Assembly (NCBI GenBank): GCA_965262235.1
Contig: OZ253504.1
Location: forward strand, 2,731,681-2,795,680
Length of the DNA stretch: 64,000 nt
Reading direction: 5' to 3'
Source: Dehalococcoidia bacterium
GTDB taxonomy: Bacteria > Chloroflexota > Dehalococcoidia > Bin125
Numbering within the stretch: position 1 is the stretch's first letter; each line of letters opens with the position of its first letter. This document shows, piece by piece, positions 59,201-64,000 of this stretch. The notes under the pieces are model-generated. The model saw only the letters and a program-made list of their open reading frames with translations. It was not told the origin of the DNA and did not search any database. A program made the translations under genes and the position numbers.

Positions 59201-61718
59201 CGGGCTACAGCCGTCCGACTTCCAGCGGGTCGACACTGACGATGACGTCAATGTCGAAGTCTGGCGCTATCGGGCGACCGCGACGGCGACGATCGCGATT
59301 GCGGACGAAACCGAAGAAGAGGAAGACGAGACGTTCACGATTTCGATGGCCGAGGTCACCGACGGCGACTCGCCGACGGACTCGGAGATCACGCTGGCCG
59401 GCCAGCTATCACAGTCGGTGACCATCAATGCGAACGATGTGCACGAGGTGACCCGTGTGGCGGTGGACCCGAGCGATACCCTTGCCGATGTCACGGTCGA
59501 GATCGCCAATCCGAGTAGCAGCGAAGTAACCGTCTTCCTGCGCTGGAAGCAACAGTCGGAGCCGGAATGGACCGATCTGGACGAGATGGACCGTCAAACA
59601 ACAGCCGGCACGCCTGTGACGTACGCGGTGACAGGCCTGGAGCGCGCTAAGCGATACGTGGTTGAGGCGTCACTGAATGATCTGTTCCCCCTCGACCGAA
59701 CTACAGAGGCGGAGTTCACTACTCTCGGCCTGCTTCCGGCCGTCCAAAAACTTGAGATCGAGGATCCGGAGCAGACGGGAGCGCAGGTCAAGGTATTCCT
59801 CGCCAATACTGACCCGATGGAGATGTATACCGTGCGCCTGCAGTATCAGGTCGAAGGCGCGCTAACGTGGACCAGGGCGGAAGATCAAGATGCGCCGGCC
59901 GGCTCGTCTGATGTGACATTCGACCTCACGGGGCTGCGTTCCGGTACGCACTATTTGGTAGAAGCGACGCTCGAAGATAACTTCGGCGAAGGGCGCAAGC
60001 AGTCTAACTCGTTCGACACGGAACCGCCACGGGTCACCGAGATTGGCATCGCGACGAACGGCGGTGGCGGAAATGAACTGAAGATCGAGCAGACCACGGC
60101 GACCGTCAAAGTGACGGTCAGCGCCCCCAATGGCGAAGAAGTCAATCTGCGCTCGATGATTCGCGGTGGAGAGTGGGTGCAAGAGGATGGAATGATCGCT
60201 GAATCGGGGGCGTCCTATGTCAATGAGACGATCGAGGGTTTGACGCCCGGCGCTACCTATGAGGTGCAAGCGTCCTACGACAACACGTTCGCGCAAGCGG
60301 AGGCGGTGCAGTCAGTGAGCTTCGTCACCGCCACGGACACGCAGCCGGGTCGCCTGGTGCTCGCTCGCTCGGGCACCGGAGGCGGCGGCGGAGGCGGCGG
60401 TGGTGGTGGCGGCGGGCCGCCGGCTGCGCCGGTGCCGTCGGTGGTGGAATTCGAATGGAACGTGATGCGAGACATCGGGTCGCTCGGCGAGGAAAATGAC
60501 TCACCGACCGGGTTGTGGTCGGATGGCGAGACGATGTGGGTGCTGGAGAACTCGGAGAGCGGCAACGACAAGGTGTTCGCCTACGCCCTGGCGAGCGGCG
60601 ACCGCCGCGAACGCCGTGAAATCGAGCTCGACCGCCGCAACCGGTTCGCGCACGGGCTCTGGTCGGACGGCGAGACCATGTATGTGGCCGATAGCGGGCA
60701 GGACCGGATCTTCGCCTATCAGCTCAGCGATGGCATGCGAGCAGAGGAACGCGAGGTCGAGCTGGCCGAGTCCAACCGCGACCCGCGCGGCATCTGGTCG
60801 GATGGTGACACCCTCTATGTACTCGATAGTGTCAAGGACGCCCTGTTCATCTATGACCTGGAGACAGGGGAGCTGGTCGGCGAACGTGCGTTGGACAAGC
60901 TGAACGGCAGTCCCCGCGGTCTGTGGTCGGACGGCGTCACGTTGTGGGTCTCGGACGACGGGTCGAAACGCGTCTTCGCCTATCAGCTTCAGGACGAGGT
61001 CCTGCAGCGGATCGAGCCGCAGGAGTTCACCTTCCAGCCGCTGCTGAAGGCGGGCAACAGCGATCCGCGCGGGATCTGGTCCGACGGTGATGTGATCTTC
61101 GTCGCCGATGCGACTGATGACCGCGTCTACAGCTACAACATGCCGGATGCGATCGATGCGAGCCTGGCATCCTTGGACCTGAGCGGTGTCACGATCGACG
61201 CCTTCTCGCCAGGTCAGACCGAGTACGCCGGGGTCCTGTCGGCAGGGCTGCGAGAGACCACGGTCGTGGCAACCCCCTCGCAGAGTGGGGCGCAGTACAC
61301 GATCGCCCCGGACGACGCCGATGCTGAAAAAGATGGCCACCAGGTGGCCGTCATCGCCGGCAACGAGGTTGTCGTGACAGTGCAGTCGGCCGACGGCAGC
61401 CACACACAGCAGTACTCGGTGCGACTGGGCGACTGTCTGACCGGTTTGGGCGAGACGGGCTTGATCAATGTGCGCTATGGCGGAGGCAGCGTTGATCAGT
61501 TGCTCGCGTGCGCCCAACAGGGATCGGTCGAGGCTATGTACCACTACAGCACCGAGGGTTGGGTCGCGTATTTCCTGGATGGCCCAGAGTTCATCAATCA
61601 GCTGTTCCGCGACAGGTTCGCCAGCGGATTGCCGGCCGACACCGCGTTAGTTGCCAAACGTGAGCCGCCGGTCGCGACCGTTGCTTCGTCAGTGCCGACC
61701 TCGGCAGCAGGAAATTAA
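41295..61718 (+). CDS. Giant surface protein (6807 aa): GIWSDG propellers, cadherin-like, FN3, Calx-beta arrays, Spondin_N, C-terminal cassette
   Basis: Uninterrupted 20.4-kb ORF, long signal peptide ending PVAA, modular repeats. Confidence 0.92.
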   Translation: MNAESARGGGPGWAGFWPQLALILRGVAGAGWARARASWALALLALLALAGLAAAWVLLAAPVAAQTPNADLSSLSVNGTPVPDFDADTTSYTVGVAHNAANLITVLGVAADNSASIACEVDEDMSTDGCQIELVAGGADDLILTVTNGTATETYTVRLSRGRGGEKQWRPEHDIYGFEDIGPGLGIVTDGVTLWAVDPVPMSGNDRLVAFNVATGARDAAKDFLVRNTTTVSNNNPLTATFDGKFIWVSRLKSGDGANNKSRVYQYDLNGGQWQPIAQDRPLVAMSETGKRSRGIWTDGEIMWVVDKGNQDNPMPGTKFGKILAYTIDGDTALASQNFGSLADANDAPRGIWSDGVTMWVADSDDKKLYAYVLATKARDSGKDIDLRLSGNSKVFGPYGITSDGQIIWVMGETGVIHAFDLPNSGNANVRTIELDGSSVEGFDSSMLSQTFGFDNDARPQMLTLFTQQHYATVAINNAAIDSGLLGTYDHEIDLSSASAVLNVRLTASSGNTTKVYTWSFGRKPAQTTVATVVPAGDALALAVTWTQPNSGTSAVTAYDVRHIASDASDQDVEANWTVQQNAWQTGGDALTYTIASGLTNNQEYRVQVRARNQFGDGPWQSPEDSATGTPVFASIDVTGLEVAGRSVPEFAATDLTYTVGVSGEDSNSTVNLVAIGDSSGATLSCSTDIDSDADNGCSVAIAKGGTATVTLTVSAGGDSDAYSVTINRGHDETFKWKASEDIYGFAGTDPGDRFGRGITSDGTTMWAVDSASGVNRDNRVLAFLLPKDPANYERTDDLDIPIATLRTHIASTGITSFGDSVLVVRSPREANQTGARVYIYQRMGGSWQSTTTLDAMNGLNRDIQGIWSDGETLWVADGGSTARILAYSIADDRTDSSKDFNTLAAAENESPRGIWSDGETMWVADSAEKKLYAYDMTSKARVAGKEFSKANLMARGTTAGTAIDPWGIWSDGETMWIADSSENIYSFTMPVSTNADLRRVQVNGTDVENFNPDSAAQSFSVANELTALTVTPITRQIKATAAFTSTDSDLNTDGHQIDLSTSAAAVNITVTAQNSTTTKTYALTFGRLPALATIANVTPGGSSLTITWTAPDRGTSAITSYDARYIKNSASRKDVDGNWTVQTSIWPSGPLSATISGLENDIEYLVQLRAVNSSGAGPWLPFSRIDESETGTPAAVATPLSSITVNSATVPNFDQSETSYTFGLADGVATATVVGTAASSSATVTCSSDTDGDPSNGCTVAVGADTGVDLTLTSTIGTNSTAYTVTLDRGATGTFGWDADADRYLKNQDVTVGYRGIWSDGTTMWVAYSNSASSELQALVLASGVHDPSNDIPIGTMIHTIDGSDFRAQTPVGIMGIAGMGNRLWVADINTGVGGTTQKVLAFELNDQDEWVVSPGWARKGTKEFLGNTMRGIWTNGELFWAASDDTDGIDAVDNYDGNLLAFVLSGEFSGSKPDSLVTSERFYPPRPAGNLSMRGVWADGETVWVADQTDGKVYAYNMVSKAHVESKDFPRAQLTIKSETPSPWGIWSDGETMWVIHTGTAVVRGYEMPVSVGTGLRYLRSQDKNVNGFRTTLTTQSVGVPHDSAMPTITVGPRNRFASVAISSTDADENDDGHQIDLSSGTATLNFSVTAQDGTTTQAYVITIGQAPDEVSTPGVTPGAGSLTVTWTVPDEGGSTITGYDLRHANSREGDDLKYSGPWTVIDDVWVTDGGDLTATITDLTVGTPYYVQIRAKNSFGTGAWLPFSRIDESGEGTPLMVGSDDTTLSVLSFTPGTMTPPFSPMQQSYTVNVSKTTEQVTVVAMPTNSAAEHLIRQNNMTITDEDTGTPGFQLKLTNGATRTVVVQVTAGNGATRDYVIGIVRPALSSENRLSSVTITLGTLDPSFVSGTKTYTVAITDACASRITVVAVAQNEFATLRFTSGAGDTPVLTDADTVLPGFQIDVPNASTIFRIYVVAENGDETHYQFTVTKVGVCRAELPQVSIATSTMGSPDEGDSIAFTVTRDEGSEDALAVLVNVTESGGPMLASGDKGSQTVTIAANATAATHTITTLSDTTLEDHTTVTVAISTAADTYRIDSAAASDSIEVLDDDVPSSVNTSLGVSPSSTIEGSTVTVTATFYYTEKLLPHGDVGPIRLHTGAAGDSATSPADYNAFDRTIVLQPGEFALVNGLYTATVTETIDIVKDEEAEGDHDFKVQLSSVGTPNTTFNLPSPITITITESSEARLNALTLDPGVFDNTTPFHPGTLIYRVAVPTIASQITVAATPTNTFATWVVLDGGDTELSDADSVLDGFQVAVPFGDSTITIKATSQDATATKLYVITLTRVAPDVPFVEDAALSDISVNGTSLRGFSPDRSAYVYETGASAVTVARTPRSHLADVTSETADSDDGTDGHQVAVAGEISLYEVSLESEDNNATMSYQVLFGSGVTTDYGWSVEKDIHALADGQVTDAGISGDASSVYVVDDVHDDVRVHRIENGAYEVSFALATDNEDPRGICIAGDMIYVSDYADGKVYAYHELQKHHLADEDIDLAGASPQPMGIWCDSEWLWVNQASTGTNREMRAYRLSDGSEDASKRITINDATYFWSDGEVIWVNSSQGVSPATVTFPAYNLSGGALNSDRHISLSAEAVAAGLGEVAGVWANRQTLWAASPMYHRFLSFNVPEVPDVSIAAPSGTPTEGEALEFVISRTGSTTEAVTINLAVSEDDAGDMVAAGDEGSKTLVLGAGVTSATYSLSTVNDTDWEEQSTVTVRLRSGDGYTVSMTAGSASKQVLDNDFPVTEVVLSIKENPVDEGMSVKATVTMTTSGDEGPHAHSPTVTLQTEDDTATAPGDYAALASTEVSFPTSEFKREALNDLPAEEDFRFVASRTLTIQTVNDSAPENSESFRVVMAKDQTSSQVDKLTLMGTPAEVMIAASDFPAVSIRGPTGTFTEGDTLEFTVSRSAAHSTELVVNLKVSRGAAIIHPEDTGSKTANIAADEREGTFTVRTTADTDYEEHTMIMVEVLDGDGYTINSSSQRVEIDVQDDDIAPATAWLTVSSKEVSEGQSVMVTLTVETKADLVPHGGSGEIRLRAVSDTATSGDDFEALDEKITFAANSLIATGVPNTDDNRYRGSVTRTILIIDDTRSENAEQFAVKQEPVSGGSDPTASGLDLVSPTSINVEIRRSDFPQVSILSTAPTGPIVEGAAANFSITRSADTAGSALMVNVNVSESGAMVETGEGPRIASFDAGATTFDLTINTDDDDTWEAGSTITVELEDGDMYSVSASNGSATRAVTDDDFPAANAVLMVDPTSVDEEDGSVTATLTITTAGDQQPNGPAGAFTIATSSPTSVSSALPGTDYTTVNSTLVFALADFAQTDVSDTSSPPDLRWEASKEVTITTLDDELDEGDEVFNVGMSANSTHATPASPNVTLEAPTSIPVTINASDKPEISLTSGTGDIAEGDAITFTISRGTATTSELVVNVTVAETSTLIADTQEGAKTVTITANQPSATLTIQTETDTAWDEHGTVTVALAAGDRYSLSATANSVTRDVKDNDLPASTARFEYSGTGVEGTSETLYLVIDTDGDQQPHKDAGGFIVATSAGTETSETDFTAIDDVKVVAALGDFTRVAADETDAEDWRWRAKKSVAALAITDDEVEEEAEAFTISVSRSTEGDDIGDPNVTLPSDLTVTIPKNDTRLESEDAELSALTITSVTLSPSFSRDRTSYTGTAAGSVAQVTVTPTKSDDKASFKYLDVDDMPLTDADNAAGFQVDLDQGPNTIKIKVTAEDDRESMTYTVTVTREPLVSISVAAGDVIEGGDVVFTVTRGHVTDSALLVRIMVSEDGDVVERIDPNGEYREILADAATIQLTVSTVDDDPFEAHSTVTGTVVAATGYAPHGTEASASRQVQDNDFPASELSITLLNGEVEEGDEVSLTVRMLTDGGERPRTTTPSGEFRLVAASGTAISDIDFMAFSASREFGSNSFTHEVIDPDDGVEDFRYRAEHVWTIRTTQDVVPEGDETFTVTAEDVSLHPNVRIASGSRQVTILANDSADTTLASLSVTDGSVDIGYMSPDFNAATTEYTAGVGYDIMQITILASAAHDDAVIVYQNASDQTLTDVDSEADGHQVNLTIVGVNVIKVVVTAENESDTGTYTLRVTRTPQDESLTPAASDPSTSYPTTVEYDITFTGRWNQLVTPGGVPGSAHFSTLIGAVHNDVISFLQSGMAATAAIESMAEEGTIGALRTLVQTAIDADPNTALSVLSRPVSGRATGSATFSGIELTSEFPRVTLTTMIAPSHDWFTGVSGLLLLDSGGHWLQSHQLDLFPWDAGTEEGGDFALTPDTDTDPQGVIHSLRGIGKFTTHRIASIRFELQSVKTTRVLNENTAANMNIGAAIKSPVVFSAESGSVTYAISGADAASFDFNTNSGQLRTKTDEDYDFETKDRYEVVVTATKGDESVGVDVTIDIANLEEPGTLTVTPTTARVDVLLTATLVDGDEPENVAWKWQLSADGSSGWTDISGATSATYTPVMADEDDYLGVIVTYDDNISDGKTIITTLGPVFESNLESDDNSLSALGLSGLTLAPGFSSAGTTYTAAAVYTTSITTITATPTHDRATVELLDDEDEAIVDADSDVDGLQMAIAIGSNTIKATVTAQNGAVNTYTITLTRAKPTVSLSISDDAVTESSTDGIGFTISRSDSAADALAVNLSVSESGAMLGSMQLGARTVTVPGGSATVMGTIVVAGDDAWEAHSTVTVTIESKNSYEIKSDAKIGTKVVADDDFPAATVAMEVTTPVDEGAAVTAMVTLTTDADQEPHRASGDILVSTQTGTAGSSDFTALTADTGKVEFSVADNSLERVDLDTNDLDEIYDWRWQGEREVSIQTTVDTVNEPAETFQVAMAKVTTGMSPTARNIQVDSDTTPLTVTINESNRSTEASLSALGISPGTLSPGFVSSTKSYSADVTLTDLEITVSPTLADTNASLEYLDENGDQLDDSKGGMGGFQIALALGDNVFQIKVTAQDGMATDTYSVTVTRAYPELTVSVDSESVPEGDSAMVTITRNGPVPETTAFRLEVSQNGSVLDDGSVGTQMLEIAAGQELLAVTIPTVNDEVWEEHGEEHSAVLVTVTVDAPTTISGPASLAIEVRDDDFPQATAALSVSPNPVSEDESVEATVTITTAGDEQPHEGSGTILLSTAVGTAMAADFTALNATTGALSVAVEDFDGNRIDLDDNPNDNVHDWRWRATSEPITIAITDDTDKESDETFTVSMAKVTDGDSPTDTAITLASPASVDVTISQSDRSSVASLATTDGLTLSAGSLSPTYSTGTLSYTAEVPFGAEQVTITAVRNNEFATIKFLDSDDMELADVGIGTAERQVNLGVDEAKLIKIEVTAEDEITKRIYQVEITRQQPILSISVADGDVSEGGDVVFTVTRNAAAAETTAFSFVVSQADDAGDVVDASQLRMVEDVIQADADTFELTVPTVDDDTWEKNGVVHAELAPSTNYTTQGALEVTKEVVDDDFPSAVAVITASPNPVDEGRGVVVTVTVTTAREEEPHEDAGSIQLTTADGPAQPPGNATATAGQDYVALAGADGLLTFERGDFEPDDIPGVGMFYQASKQVTIDTMNDDESEREETFSVIMARVTIGDSQTDSSITLGSGTPASLREIVQFIASDLDENPALSRVELSAGTISPDFVSTTLVYTVSVDFGNPQVTLTPVPGSTGTTFEYLDADDMTLDDGNDGTDSIEVALPVDAPVVVKIKTTSEDGMHHETYTLTLTRQFPVAGITAADAEVTEGQPVSFTVTLNGHVEDAAGQAVVVNISQGSGEDVLTGSTRTVTVRVAEGDTTVDFTVDTADDHLWEEHPTVTATLAARAGYSVDSAAGAASKQVLDNDFPEAQAELTVTPNQADEAAAVTAKVTITTSRDEAPREIGGQILVSTGHADDTAMAPDDYTALTATTGLLTFGEVGLQPSDFQRVDTDDDVNVEVWRYRATATATIAIADETEEEEDETFTISMAEVTDGDSPTDSEITLAGQLSQSVTINANDVHEVTRVAVDPSDTLADVTVEIANPSSSEVTVFLRWKQQSEPEWTDLDEMDRQTTAGTPVTYAVTGLERAKRYVVEASLNDLFPLDRTTEAEFTTLGLLPAVQKLEIEDPEQTGAQVKVFLANTDPMEMYTVRLQYQVEGALTWTRAEDQDAPAGSSDVTFDLTGLRSGTHYLVEATLEDNFGEGRKQSNSFDTEPPRVTEIGIATNGGGGNELKIEQTTATVKVTVSAPNGEEVNLRSMIRGGEWVQEDGMIAESGASYVNETIEGLTPGATYEVQASYDNTFAQAEAVQSVSFVTATDTQPGRLVLARSGTGGGGGGGGGGGGGPPAAPVPSVVEFEWNVMRDIGSLGEENDSPTGLWSDGETMWVLENSESGNDKVFAYALASGDRRERREIELDRRNRFAHGLWSDGETMYVADSGQDRIFAYQLSDGMRAEEREVELAESNRDPRGIWSDGDTLYVLDSVKDALFIYDLETGELVGERALDKLNGSPRGLWSDGVTLWVSDDGSKRVFAYQLQDEVLQRIEPQEFTFQPLLKAGNSDPRGIWSDGDVIFVADATDDRVYSYNMPDAIDASLASLDLSGVTIDAFSPGQTEYAGVLSAGLRETTVVATPSQSGAQYTIAPDDADAEKDGHQVAVIAGNEVVVTVQSADGSHTQQYSVRLGDCLTGLGETGLINVRYGGGSVDQLLACAQQGSVEAMYHYSTEGWVAYFLDGPEFINQLFRDRFASGLPADTALVAKREPPVATVASSVPTSAAGN
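53835..54420 (+). other. Spondin_N domain within the 6807-aa protein
   Basis: YDITFTGRW...AHFSTLIGAVH...SMAEEG...TMIAPSHDWFTG...LFPWDAGTE. Confidence 0.85.
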
Positions 61719-61986
61719 GCACCACAGGCACGAGTGGGAAAAGTTGGTCGAAAACACGGGGAGCACGGACGCGAGCTACCGGGCGATGGGAAAGTAGCCT
61801 CGCCCACCGGAGTGGTAGCTCGCGCCGCCCTGCGGCGCGGGGGTGCGACCCTGGGGCTGGCAGTGGCGGTTGAGGCCGTGAACTCGGTCATGTCGTGCGA
61901 TACGAGTCCGCCGTATGTTCACACGTCGGCTTGACCGGCGGGTGAGGCTGGGCGTCGGAGTTCGAAGCAGCCTTGTGTGGACCTGG

Positions 61987-62048
61987 GGAAGCTCTGCATG
62001 GCTCCCCCCCCCCGCGCGGCGCGGGGGGGGGGGTGTTCAGAGGCTTCC
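61987..62048. mobile_element. 62-bp IS5-like miniature inverted-repeat relic
   Basis: GGAAGCTCTG...CAGAGGCTTCC ends, TGG on both flanks, internal C-run/G-run hairpin. Confidence 0.45.
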
Positions 62049-62115
62049 TGGCTGGTCGGCAACGGCTTGATCGACCGCTCCTACGTTCCTGATCCAGGCG
62101 CCGTACTACGACGAG

Positions 62116-63396
62116 TTATTCGCTCTCGTACAGCTCACTCAGGCGATCAACTTCTTCCCTGAATCGTTGGTGTCGTTCGGGCAAGATCGCCGCGAATTCG
62201 TCGGTCAGCAGGTTCGCCGCATCGGCTTTCCTCACGATTTGCGGAGCAGTGACGAACGACCGCGTGCCCGAGAGCAGGCCCTCGGACCCGAACGGCAAGC
62301 CGTGCACGAGCAGCATCACCGAGGGCACAACATGGCCCTGGTGGAAAGGCTGATCCCAGACGGCGAATTGCACGATCCCGAGATAGATCAGCGCCTGCAG
62401 GGTCGGCTGATTGGAGCCGACCGCGCCGAGCAGCACGTCCTCGCGGCCATGGGCGGCATCGACCGCGTGCAGAGTTGTGTTGTAGTTCAGCGTCAGCACG
62501 GCGCCGACATCGTCATTGAGCGCAGCGGCGATGGCGGCGACGGGATCGTCGGCGCCGGAGATGTCGAGCCGAATGACTTCACCGTTGTCGTAGCTCTCGT
62601 CGAGTGCATCGCAACGTTGGTCCAGGCCCACGTTGACGGGTTCGTGGATCACGCAGAGGATGTCGCCGCTCGCGCCCCGCTCGATGAATGCGTTGGCGGC
62701 CATCGTCCCGGCGGCGCGCTCGTCGAGCCCGACGTGGGCGATCGAGTCAACGCTGCGGGCATGATCGGCGCCCGAGTTGAAGGTCACGATCCGGGTGTTG
62801 GTCCCCTGGGCCTGCAACAACGCCGGCCGGAGCGTGTCGGGGTCGGCCAGTGTGGTGGCGATCACGGCGGCGCCGTCATTGATGCACTGCCTGATCGCAT
62901 CAGCCTGGTCGTCGCTCTCAGGGTGAATCGAGGCGCGCAGGTTGAGTCCGAGTTGACGCGAGCTGACGGAAGCGGTGTGGAAGGCGAGTCGCCAGAAACT
63001 GTCGCTTTCGGACCCGTGAGCGATGAAGCAGAAGAGCGTGTCGCGATCGGTCGGCCTGGTAGCGGTCAGGGCCTCGGGGTACTCGAACGGTCCCAACGCG
63101 TGAGGTCCGAAGACATCAGCCGGAACGCCCTCGAATGCGAGCCTGATCGGGCTGCTCGAGTACCAACGCCCCTGCTCCGCGTTGACCGGGACGAAACGGG
63201 CCGTGGGCCTGTTCCGGTCGCCCCAGCTGCCGTTGGCGTCGCGTTGTTGGAGCGCGACTTCGATGCGTCCGTTGGCGTCGGTGCGAGCCTGGATACGGAC
63301 ATCGGCTGAACCGCTGAGCGCCCAGGCGGCGCCCACCGAGATCAGACCGACCAGGATGCCGACCGCGAAGATTATGAGACTGGCTGATTTGCGCAT
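62116..63396 (-). CDS. Sugar-type ABC substrate-binding protein (Peripla_BP_4-like) with extra N-terminal domain
   Basis: Signal peptide ending AAWA; FWRLAF...QADAIRQCI..GAAVIATT...IVTFNSG...HVGLDERAAG...WDQPFHQG. Confidence 0.8.
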   Translation of the reverse strand: MRKSASLIIFAVGILVGLISVGAAWALSGSADVRIQARTDANGRIEVALQQRDANGSWGDRNRPTARFVPVNAEQGRWYSSSPIRLAFEGVPADVFGPHALGPFEYPEALTATRPTDRDTLFCFIAHGSESDSFWRLAFHTASVSSRQLGLNLRASIHPESDDQADAIRQCINDGAAVIATTLADPDTLRPALLQAQGTNTRIVTFNSGADHARSVDSIAHVGLDERAAGTMAANAFIERGASGDILCVIHEPVNVGLDQRCDALDESYDNGEVIRLDISGADDPVAAIAAALNDDVGAVLTLNYNTTLHAVDAAHGREDVLLGAVGSNQPTLQALIYLGIVQFAVWDQPFHQGHVVPSVMLLVHGLPFGSEGLLSGTRSFVTAPQIVRKADAANLLTDEFAAILPERHQRFREEVDRLSELYESE

Positions 63397-64000
63397 GTTT
63401 GCTCCCTGCGATGGAACTGCCTGCGATGATGAAAATACTATATCTCGCGGTCGCACAGTTCGGTTTGTTTGAACCGGCGACGCATCGAGCCCGAATCTGC
63501 AGGTCGGGATGAATCACAACACCGGTCGCTCCGTACATGTGCCCGCAGTGACAGGCGACACGTGGTGGCAGCCGCACGGGTGCGAGGCGGGCGTGGCTGA
63601 ACAGACCGGAGCCACGAATCAAGCCACCGTCGCCGCGCAGGACTCTTCCCCCCAGGCTCGCGGCCCCAAATCTGAAGCGGGCGAAGAAACCACGGACCCG
63701 TTGGCGTTGACGTTCACGCCGAGGGTTGGTCTCGGGTCAGCTGCGCCCTCGTCATTGGCGAGACGTACTTCCGTCTGCATGTTCCGAGTGGCGACTACCG
63801 GCGGCGCTATCACCGCACGGAGCCAACGGTTGATTCGTGCCGGAAGGCGATCGCGAGGTGGTGACGGACGCGGCTGGCAATACGGCCGCAGCTTCGACCG
63901 AGGTCTAGGTGCTGCTGATCGTCAACAGCGGAGGCAGGGTGTTGCCCTCGGGTGAGACCTACCGCGCGGAGTGTGCTGCTGACGATTCCTGAACGCGTGG

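Noticed and set aside
41295-61718. RTX/T1SS substrate or autotransporter
   Set aside because: No GGxGxD nonapeptides, no C-terminal beta-barrel, no transporter genes nearby; has an N-terminal signal peptide
63509-63955. ORFs at the right edge
   Set aside because: No convincing homology in either strand; possibly decayed or cut by the window end

Overview
High-GC bacterial DNA, most likely a host-associated (sponge-type) Chloroflexota/Dehalococcoidia-like organism. That assignment is inferred from protein styles, not from a marker gene. After a Tat-lipoprotein ABC substrate-binding gene and a broken oxidoreductase, a degenerate tRNA-Lys overlapped by a serine-recombinase remnant marks a probable island boundary at about 2.75 kb. 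About 46 kb of the 64 kb encodes five very large signal-peptide-bearing surface proteins (about 1400, 3130, 2508, 1543 and 6807 aa). They are built from cadherin, cadherin-like, Calx-beta, FN3, LRR, Spondin_N and GIWSDG-repeat propeller modules. First main observation: four of the five end in the same ~430-aa C-terminal cassette (poly-Gly hinge, five GIWSDG repeats, cadherin-like sandwich, two-Cys terminal domain, last residue Asn) fused to unrelated N-terminal passengers, which suggests an uncharacterised surface-display or anchoring system with swappable cargo. Second main observation: two passengers are secreted PEP-utiliser-like enzymes with a His motif placed before the ATP-grasp domain, the order seen in glucan water dikinases. 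Also present are a NarL-type two-component pair, a haloacid dehalogenase, a decaying zone of pseudogenes (2-13.5 kb), IS5-like remnants and miniature repeats. No database searches could be run, so all family calls are motif recognition by eye.
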